64,000 nt of DNA, taken from contig CBDFJF010000002.1 of the NCBI GenBank assembly GCA_965248265.1, forward strand, positions 4,077,829 through 4,141,828. Reading direction: 5' to 3'. Every line of letters starts with the position of its first letter. The stretch's first letter is position 1. Made by a program: the position numbers and the translations under genes. Source of the stretch: Candidatus Latescibacterota bacterium (GTDB lineage: Bacteria > Latescibacterota > UBA2968 > UBA8231). The notes under the pieces were generated by a model that saw only the letters and a program-made list of their open reading frames with translations, did no database searches and was not told where the DNA came from. Of this stretch, positions 57,521 to 64,000 are shown piece after piece.

Positions 57521-60180
57521 GAACTCGGCCCCACGTAGGAGATGTTCGAGTACTCGTCCTCTTCCTGAACCCGCTCGCTGGTCAACGTCACCCAGCCCGA
57601 CTGCGTGCGCTCATCAGCGTCCGCTACCCCATACACGTCGTACCCCGCAGCCGACACCCGGCCGATCGGCTTGTAGCTGGGCGGCATCTCCTGCGCCTCG
57701 ATGCGCAGCTGCGCCAGCTCCACGTCCGGCTGCAGGCCGGTGATCTCGAAAGCCGTGCGGTTGAGTCGGTAAAACGTCGTCCCTGATGCATGCTCGGCCG
57801 CACTCGTGTTCGCTTGCGCCCGCGTCGTCGTGAACGCATTGGTGGCGTAGGTGACCGCCGTGACCTTCTCCACCTCGCTGCCGATGAGGACGTAATCGTT
57901 GACTCGCAGCAGCCCGTTGTTCGTCGACTGCGCCGTGCCGGCCCCGGCCGTCTGCGTTGCGCTCAGCGTACCAATCGCTATGGGACGTTTGCTGGGTGGC
58001 AACCAGGGGTGATCGATCCAGGCCGCATCCCCCAGCTCCACATCCACCGCGTTGAAGAAGGTGGCGAACTCAGGCAGCAGCCGGCGCTGCGAACGCCACT
58101 CGGCGATGTGATCGACGAAATTCGTCGCCGTGGTGTCGTCCTGAATCAGGTCAGATGTGTAGCCACCGGCCACCGACACATCCTCCGTCTGCTCCCGGCC
58201 CAGGCTGTTCTCCGTCTTGTAGCGCAGCTGCGAGCGCTTCATGCGCCCGTCCAAATTCGGACCGACATAGTAGTTGGTGCCCGCAGAGGAGTCGTTGACC
58301 TGGCCGGCCGAGGCGTGCTTTATCAGCAGCTGCGTCTCGGAGTTGACGTTGTCGACCAGATAGTCCTGATCGCCCTCGACGTAGACGCCCTCGTCGTCCT
58401 TGATGCCGTCTGTAACGAAGGTCGCCGAAGCATCATCGAGCAGCTTCGTGGAGCCGGTCACCGTGCAGGTGCCCTTCACCCGGTGCCGGCCCGAGGCCAC
58501 CTTGATCTTCGTGTACTCGCCCGTGGCCCGGTCCAGTCCGTAGCGCAGGATGACCTCGTTGATCAGGTCGCGGTTGGGCGTGCGCGCCACCGTGAAGTCA
58601 TACTCCCACTTCGACGGCTTATCCAGCGGGTTGAGGACGGCCATGTTGACGTCACCCAGGAAGGTGTGCGCCGGCACCCGGCTCTTCTCCTGGGCCACCA
58701 CCTTCCACTTGCCCTCAAAACTTTTGAACACGTGCATGCCCGACTCAAAGCAAAACTCGTTGAGCCAGGCGATATGCACGGGTTGATCCAACGAGAACGC
58801 GAACTTCCACCCCGTACGGTCCGTGGCCGCCGTGTCCAGGGCCGTCAAATCCACCACGTCCGTGCTCAAGTTCATCAGCACCTTGGCCCGCATCACCGCC
58901 TCGATGACGTGAGCCGGATTCTCCAGCGGTGCGCCCGACGAGGTGATCACCGGATTCGACGCACCGTCGCTGTTGTAGTAGGCCGTCAGATCCTCAAACC
59001 CGGTGATCGCCTGGTAGATGGTCAGGCTCTGGCGATCCAGCGTCTGCTGGTCGTCATACGACAGCTTCAGGTAGATCTCGTTGATGGTGGCCGCGCCCGT
59101 GCCGTCGATCTCGACGTGATACAGCTCGAAGGCCCAATCGTCCGTGTGGTCGGCGGCGGTGAGGGTAATGCTCTTATCGTTTGTGGCCGAGCCAGAAGCC
59201 TTGGAGACGGCGTTGTAGAAGACCTCGTAGTCGTAGCTACCCGAAGCCTTGATCTCCAGCGTGATGGCCGTCAGCGTGCCCAGCTTGGGCACACCGCCCA
59301 TGTCCACGTCCAAATTGGAGTTGAGGACGATGGCGGAGCCGACCGTGTGGTCCCCATCGCCCGTATCGAACCAATCCGTCACGTCGTTGGTACCACGCGG
59401 CAGGATGGGGGCGACCCACATCTCGCGCGTCTGGTCGTTGATGGTAAAAAAGCCGCCCGTCTGCGTGTAGTTGAGGACCTCGCCGCGCCGCTTGGCCTGC
59501 GGGTAGTACTGGAAGGGCTTGCCGTTGACGTCGTTTTGCACGCAGCTGGTAAAGGTGTAGTTGGAGCGATCCACGCAGCGGCATGGGGCCAGCACGGAGA
59601 AGCCGCCCGCCCCGTCGAAGGGTCCCGTGTTGAGCACCCCAAAGGCCACGGGGATCACCTTGCCCACCGAATCCATCGGCGGCTGGACGTAGTCGATGAG
59701 GTTGACCCGCTCGGCCGGGATTTCACGGAAATCTTTGTCCGAGCCGTCGATGGCGTCGAACGTCATCTGGGTGGGCGAGTAGGGATAGTCCTCGATCACC
59801 AGCCGCATCATCTCGATGGGGTCCGAGGCCGTCTCCGCCCCGGTGACGAACAGCAGGTAGATGCGCATCTCGTCGTTCTCGAAAAAGAACGTGTCGACGT
59901 CGTTCGAAACCTTCTCCAGATTGACCAGCACCAGCCGGGCCTTGCCCACCGAGGCCAGGCCGCCCCCCACGCGAATGCGCGTCCACTCCATCTCCAGACC
60001 ACCCACAGCCAGATTGTCCCCATACGTGTTGGCGCCCACCGTGATCTTGCGCGAGCCGTGGCGCTTGGTCGTGACCGGAACGCCCGGCGCGTCCGCGTCG
60101 ATCTCGGCCAACCAGGCGATGCGGTACCAGGCGTTGTCCTTTTCAGTCAGGGCCGTCGTGCCCGTCAGGTCCTTAGCCAT
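57517..60180 (-). CDS. Phage tail tip / baseplate hub-like protein
   Basis: Position after the Dit-like gene; GKVIPVAFG, ENPAHVIE, NEVILRYG, SQLRYK, VELGD motifs typical of tail-tip proteins; likely start MAKDLTG. Confidence 0.7.
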   Translation of the reverse strand: MAKDLTGTTALTEKDNAWYRIAWLAEIDADAPGVPVTTKRHGSRKITVGANTYGDNLAVGGLEMEWTRIRVGGGLASVGKARLVLVNLEKVSNDVDTFFFENDEMRIYLLFVTGAETASDPIEMMRLVIEDYPYSPTQMTFDAIDGSDKDFREIPAERVNLIDYVQPPMDSVGKVIPVAFGVLNTGPFDGAGGFSVLAPCRCVDRSNYTFTSCVQNDVNGKPFQYYPQAKRRGEVLNYTQTGGFFTINDQTREMWVAPILPRGTNDVTDWFDTGDGDHTVGSAIVLNSNLDVDMGGVPKLGTLTAITLEIKASGSYDYEVFYNAVSKASGSATNDKSITLTAADHTDDWAFELYHVEIDGTGAATINEIYLKLSYDDQQTLDRQSLTIYQAITGFEDLTAYYNSDGASNPVITSSGAPLENPAHVIEAVMRAKVLMNLSTDVVDLTALDTAATDRTGWKFAFSLDQPVHIAWLNEFCFESGMHVFKSFEGKWKVVAQEKSRVPAHTFLGDVNMAVLNPLDKPSKWEYDFTVARTPNRDLINEVILRYGLDRATGEYTKIKVASGRHRVKGTCTVTGSTKLLDDASATFVTDGIKDDEGVYVEGDQDYLVDNVNSETQLLIKHASAGQVNDSSAGTNYYVGPNLDGRMKRSQLRYKTENSLGREQTEDVSVAGGYTSDLIQDDTTATNFVDHIAEWRSQRRLLPEFATFFNAVDVELGDAAWIDHPWLPPSKRPIAIGTLSATQTAGAGTAQSTNNGLLRVNDYVLIGSEVEKVTAVTYATNAFTTTRAQANTSAAEHASGTTFYRLNRTAFEITGLQPDVELAQLRIEAQEMPPSYKPIGRVSAAGYDVYGVADADERTQSGWVTLTSERVQEEDEYSNISYVGPSS

Positions 60181-60215
60181 TGAAAAACTCGCCAGAAAAA
60201 TTAGGGGCCATAACA

Positions 60216-60593
60216 TCACGCACTCACGTCCTTGAACAGCTGGATGATGCCGTTCCACTTGCCGTTGATCTGCTCGAACTCCCGCAGGCCATCCAGGTAG
60301 TGCATGTTGGTGTGGTTGGTCCCAAACGGATCCGTGTAGGTGAAGGCCGTCTTACTCATCGAAAGCGTGTCCTGGATGTAATCGCGCATGGCAACAAAGT
60401 CGGCGTCCGACTGCTGGCGAAAGTGTAGCTGGGGATCCTCGAAGTCGGTGCCGTCGCCCATGTCGGCGATCTTGGCGCCCCCGTTCATGGTGCGATTCAC
60501 GATCACGGGCTGATCCTCGCCAGGGATGTAGGGAAACTTGGGGGCCTGGATCGTGATCGAGGCCGCGCCCGTGTCCAATTTGATCGTCGCCAT
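60216..60593 (-). CDS. Distal tail (Dit / lambda gpM-like) protein
   Basis: 125 aa directly after the tape measure gene; AFTYTDPFG motif. Confidence 0.6.
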   Translation of the reverse strand: MATIKLDTGAASITIQAPKFPYIPGEDQPVIVNRTMNGGAKIADMGDGTDFEDPQLHFRQQSDADFVAMRDYIQDTLSMSKTAFTYTDPFGTNHTNMHYLDGLREFEQINGKWNGIIQLFKDVSA

Positions 60594-60599
60594 CGGCCA

Positions 60600-63335
60600 C
60601 TACAGCGGCTGGTAGCCTCGCGACACATGCTGTGCCTCCATCAGGCGCCGTCTCTCTGATGATGCGCTCTGACGGTCTCTCTGTGCCCGGGACACGATGC
60701 CGAGCACGGCCGACTGCAAGGAACCGAAGTCGATCAACGACGTGATCGGGAGGCGAGTGCGGTTCGCGGTAAGCCTGATCAGCTGCGACGGGTCCAACCA
60801 GATTGGGGTCAGATCCAACTCAATAACGTCACTCCAGTGCCTGCGGAACTTGGCCAGATCGTGCGGGATGTAGGCCAGATTGCCCCAGTGCCTGGGCTCG
60901 TGGCGGTTGGCGTCAAAGTACATGTCAACCGTGTCGCTCCAGTGCCTGCGGAACTTGGTCAGATCGTGCGGGATGTAGGCCAGATTGCTCCAGTGCGTGG
61001 GGCGGTGACGGTAGCGTAGATCCTCGACCATCTCCAGCGTCTGCCACCAACGACGCTCATACTCCTTAAGACCCACAGGGATATCCACCAGATTGCTCCA
61101 GTGCGTGGGCTCATGGCGACCCGCCTCGTCCACATACATCTCCACGGTCTCGTGCCAGGGCTTTTGCGTAGGGGTCAGATTCAACTGGAAGGGATCGGAT
61201 GTACCCGACGTGCCGCCACCCGTCGTGATCGCCGGTTTGGCTGCGCTTGTCGTCGCCGTGCCGGAGAGATGACGGCGTCGCACCTCTTCGGTGCGGCGGC
61301 TGTCTTCGATGCGCTTGGACAACTCCATAAAAATGCGACGTTGAGCGAGGGGGTCGGCGCCGGCCGCACGCGCCTGGATCGATGCCTGCTCCCTAAGCTG
61401 GGTCTCACGAACAAAGAACTCGGAGCGCAAGGCGCGCTCTAGCGGCAGCATGGCCTCAGCTGCTGTGTTCGCGGCATCAGCGACCTCGAACATGCGCTTG
61501 GCCGCGTCGACGATCGTACTGTCTTTACCAAAGGCAAGGTCGATCATGTCTCGGAATTGATCGATGTGCAACCCAGACTCGTCAAGTGCCTGCTGAAACT
61601 TTGGAATAATCTTTCCGCTCTGTGTTGCTGACCCCTCCGCAAGTCGAAGCATTTCGAAGAAGCTTAGAAGAAACTCCGTGTGACTCTGCTCCTTGGAGCC
61701 CTCTTGGAGTAGTTCCATTGATCGTCGTAGCGGCTCGAACGTGTTTTCCTGAAGAGCCTTGATTTCCGCTGAAGTGCCTGAGTACTCCTCCAACAAGCCG
61801 TGGACTGAGCGGTTGGTTTCGCGTGCTGCTTCAGCGACACTGCGAATTTGATCCGCAAAGCGATCGATGGGATCACGAGCCACACCAAAGACATCGAGAA
61901 CACCGTGCACAGCGCTCACACCTGCTCCAATCATGTCCCCACGGGCCAGGTTGGAGGCGGCCGAGAAGAACCCCTGCAGCTGCGGCTGCAATCGCGACAT
62001 CACCCCGACCAGCCCATCAACGACCTGAAGCTCTTGCTGACGTCGTTTGTTCACCTCGGCCTGGGCAATGATGATCTCCTGCTCAGTAGTCAGTCGCTGT
62101 CTTTCTTGCAGATGGAGTTTGCCCAGCGCCTTGAGCTGCAAATCGTTCGCGCCGTCCATCAGCAGCTGAGCGGACTCGGCTGCCTGTGCTCGCCGCAGCT
62201 CAGCTTGAGCACGAGCGTCCAGATCTTGGATCGCCTGGAGTTCCAACTCCCGCTTCTTGCGCCCGATCGTCACCTCGACATCAAGGTTGCGACTGGGCAT
62301 TCCGCCGCCCAGAGGAGTTCGCTCCTCCTCTTCGCGCCCAGGGTGAACCGTTATGCCTGGCAACATGCCAGTGCGGTAGCGTCGCTGCGTCTCATAGCGC
62401 CGAGGTCGCTCGGGGGTCAACCCCATCGGCTCGCTCATCTGAGGTGAGTGCTGCTCTTCGATGCGCCGCTGGCGCTCGTTCAGCTCGATGCCCAGGAAGT
62501 TTTTGGCGCTGATGTCCATCAGGTTCATCTGCCGGTTCAGTTCCCAGAACGCACGCACGTTGCCTTCGGCTGCGCTAAGAAGATCCGTCACCAGTCGGAG
62601 TCCACCCGCCGCACTGTCCTGATCACCCAGGGCGATCTTCAAATTCGTCCAGGCCACAGCGACGCGGTCGATTTCAAGACTGGCACTGTTGGCGGGAACC
62701 TCCAGGTTCTTCAGCTTCTCGCCCATCAACCGAACGGCTTCATTCACCAGCGCCGTTTTCTTCTCCAGGTCACCCAGCCCAGCGAACATCTTGTCCGTCG
62801 CAGAAAGGATGATGCCGGCGTCGTCCAAAAACAGCACCGAGCCGCGCTGCAGTCCGGTGAAGATCGTCTGCACGAGTTGGTTGAAATCCTTGCCAAAAGC
62901 CAACGAGTAGGCGCGCAGAAACTGCATGGCAGTACGGGCCTGCTCGAAGGTGAGACCCGCATCGACCGCCGCGCCCACGCGCTGCATCAACTCCAGATCC
63001 GAGATCGTGCCTTGCGTCGCTTTGCTCAGCTTGGCCAGCTCAGTCGTCGCGTCGGTACCCGCTTTGCGAGCCAGGCGCTCGAACGAGGACGAGGCGATGT
63101 TGACCTGATCGTTGAGCTTGACGATGTCCAACTCGAAGGCAGCCAGACGACGTGCGACTTCGATTGAGAACGCACCGATGACGACCCGCTTGAGGGAGAC
63201 GAACGACTTCTCCATGCGAGCAACCGTCTTTTCCGTCGAAGAGATGTCACCACGCATACCACGGAAACTGCGCTCGAAGTTGTCCGACGCATTGTCCTCG
63301 TATTCGGCCTCTAAGACGACTTTACTCGTCCTCAT
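60600..63335 (-). CDS. Phage tape measure protein
   Basis: Long Ala/Glu/Arg-rich helical protein; LSKATQGTISDLELMQ...IFTGLQRGSVLFLDDAGI TMP-like segment; follows the G/GT chaperones; GGAG RBS before ATG 63335. Confidence 0.85.
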   Translation of the reverse strand: MRTSKVVLEAEYEDNASDNFERSFRGMRGDISSTEKTVARMEKSFVSLKRVVIGAFSIEVARRLAAFELDIVKLNDQVNIASSSFERLARKAGTDATTELAKLSKATQGTISDLELMQRVGAAVDAGLTFEQARTAMQFLRAYSLAFGKDFNQLVQTIFTGLQRGSVLFLDDAGIILSATDKMFAGLGDLEKKTALVNEAVRLMGEKLKNLEVPANSASLEIDRVAVAWTNLKIALGDQDSAAGGLRLVTDLLSAAEGNVRAFWELNRQMNLMDISAKNFLGIELNERQRRIEEQHSPQMSEPMGLTPERPRRYETQRRYRTGMLPGITVHPGREEEERTPLGGGMPSRNLDVEVTIGRKKRELELQAIQDLDARAQAELRRAQAAESAQLLMDGANDLQLKALGKLHLQERQRLTTEQEIIIAQAEVNKRRQQELQVVDGLVGVMSRLQPQLQGFFSAASNLARGDMIGAGVSAVHGVLDVFGVARDPIDRFADQIRSVAEAARETNRSVHGLLEEYSGTSAEIKALQENTFEPLRRSMELLQEGSKEQSHTEFLLSFFEMLRLAEGSATQSGKIIPKFQQALDESGLHIDQFRDMIDLAFGKDSTIVDAAKRMFEVADAANTAAEAMLPLERALRSEFFVRETQLREQASIQARAAGADPLAQRRIFMELSKRIEDSRRTEEVRRRHLSGTATTSAAKPAITTGGGTSGTSDPFQLNLTPTQKPWHETVEMYVDEAGRHEPTHWSNLVDIPVGLKEYERRWWQTLEMVEDLRYRHRPTHWSNLAYIPHDLTKFRRHWSDTVDMYFDANRHEPRHWGNLAYIPHDLAKFRRHWSDVIELDLTPIWLDPSQLIRLTANRTRLPITSLIDFGSLQSAVLGIVSRAQRDRQSASSERRRLMEAQHVSRGYQPL
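60832..60996. repeat. Two 60-bp direct repeats (58/60 identical, 105-bp period) in the TMP 3' end
   Basis: Copies at 60832-60891 and 60937-60996; a more diverged unit extends to ~61140. Confidence 0.9.
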
Positions 63336-63684
63336 ACTCTCCACCATCGTCGTGGTCGTTGCGCGCCTGGGCTTCGGCCTGATCTTGGGCTATGCGCTTC
63401 ATCTCGGATTCCACTGTGTGAATGGCCAACACATCGTCCAGGGTCGTTGCCAGGTCCATCACCGGCACGCCTGCCACCTTGAGATGGGCCGCTTTCCAGA
63501 TGCGCCGGAAGTACGGGTCCTGAAAGGCGACGTCCTTGTTTTGGTCGCTGGCGCGGCAATCTCTACAGGTCTGTTCAATGGCTGCATGCTCTACTTGCTC
63601 GATCATGGGACAACTCGAGCACCATAAGGTGTCTTCATCCATCACCAGATGGACGCAGTCCCTCAGGTGCTCGATCAGTTTCCC
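63322..63684 (-). CDS. Tail assembly chaperone GT extension (-1 frame)
   Basis: The -1 frame is open from the slippery site: KLIEHLRDCVHLVMDEDTLWCSSC...; overlaps the TMP start. Confidence 0.75.
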   Translation of the reverse strand, partial: GKLIEHLRDCVHLVMDEDTLWCSSCPMIEQVEHAAIEQTCRDCRASDQNKDVAFQDPYFRRIWKAAHLKVAGVPVMDLATTLDDVLAIHTVESEMKRIAQDQAEAQARNDHDDGGEYEDE

Positions 63685-63998
63685 TCAGTCGCTCCCTTGC
63701 GTTGTGGCTGCCGGTACCGGGCCGCCCCTTCGAAGATGACATCGGCCATGCGATCGATGTGGCTGGGTGCTTTGGCCAACAGGAACAGCTTCCATAGTGG
63801 TAGCTTACCGATCCACTCACACCACGCTTGGCCGTACAGTTCCGTGTATTCCTTCACCACGTCCTTATGCCTGACCGGAATCTTCTCCACCTCACTCGTG
63901 AGCGGCACCCACTCGCCCTTCTCGTTGAAGAATCCGTATCCACTGTCTTCAGGCTTGGCCGCCGCTTGAGCCTCTTCCAGCACCGAGCACCCGAACTT
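63675..63998 (-). CDS. Tail assembly chaperone G (5' end outside window)
   Basis: Frame open to the window edge; ends ...GATEGN* with G GGA AAC immediately before the stop. Confidence 0.75.
   Translation of the reverse strand, partial: KFGCSVLEEAQAAAKPEDSGYGFFNEKGEWVPLTSEVEKIPVRHKDVVKEYTELYGQAWCEWIGKLPLWKLFLLAKAPSHIDRMADVIFEGAARYRQPQRKGATEGN
63678..63684 (-). other. Programmed -1 ribosomal frameshift slippery site GGGAAAC
   Basis: X XXY YYZ heptamer in the correct phase (GAG GGA AAC TGA), with an open -1 frame downstream. Confidence 0.85.
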
Positions 63999-64000
63999 GA

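Larger units (their letters stand above)
54247..64000 (-). mobile_element. Prophage or phage-derived element: siphovirus-like tail module, continuing beyond the window
   Basis: Gene order G/GT chaperone - tape measure - Dit-like - hub-like - LamG - beta-helix; tightly packed, co-directional genes. Confidence 0.85.

Noticed and set aside
57790-60183. 797-aa plus-strand ORF, and similar long antisense ORFs such as 3534-5099 and 21724-22692
   Set aside because: These are shadow ORFs opposite well-supported genes in GC-rich DNA, with no recognisable motifs.
60832-60996. Diversity-generating retroelement TR/VR pair (both mismatches are at A on the coding strand of one copy)
   Set aside because: There are only two mismatches, both copies are in frame in the same gene at tandem spacing, and no reverse transcriptase is in the window. 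Tandem duplication is the simpler explanation.

Overview
A GC-rich bacterial chromosomal window with five blocks. (1) 1-405: the 3' end of a flagellin gene. (2) 654-10344, minus strand: an uncharacterised co-directional cluster. It encodes a NusG-domain-II protein, a Gx/HepS-like membrane protein, a ~1600-aa fusion of a degenerate M28-peptidase-fold ectodomain with a MacB/FtsX-type permease, an OPT-like transporter carrying an inserted (apparently circularly permuted) Fn3-like domain, a two-repeat soluble protein and a stand-alone PqqD/RRE protein. No ABC ATPase, radical SAM enzyme or precursor peptide is visible. This is the best candidate for an undescribed system. (3) 10465-14679: rel/spoT, hisC and small hypothetical genes. 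(4) 14721-42221, minus strand: a flagellar basal-body/hook/motor/export cluster (flgB to fliA, then HDOD and GAF-histidine kinase genes) with two sigma54-type promoter candidates; fliG and flhG are missing from their usual positions. Next come an envelope glycosyl/sulfatase-like cluster, mpl with an LD-carboxypeptidase, a HEAT-repeat gene and a cNMP-REC gene (42500-53981). (5) 54247-64000, minus strand: the tail module of a siphovirus-like prophage or tail-derived element, with a G/GT chaperone pair and a canonical GGGAAAC -1 frameshift site, tape measure, Dit-like, hub-like, LamG and beta-helix genes. It ends at a strong terminator next to a perfect 15-8-15 inverted repeat. All calls come from motif recognition by eye; no database searches were run.
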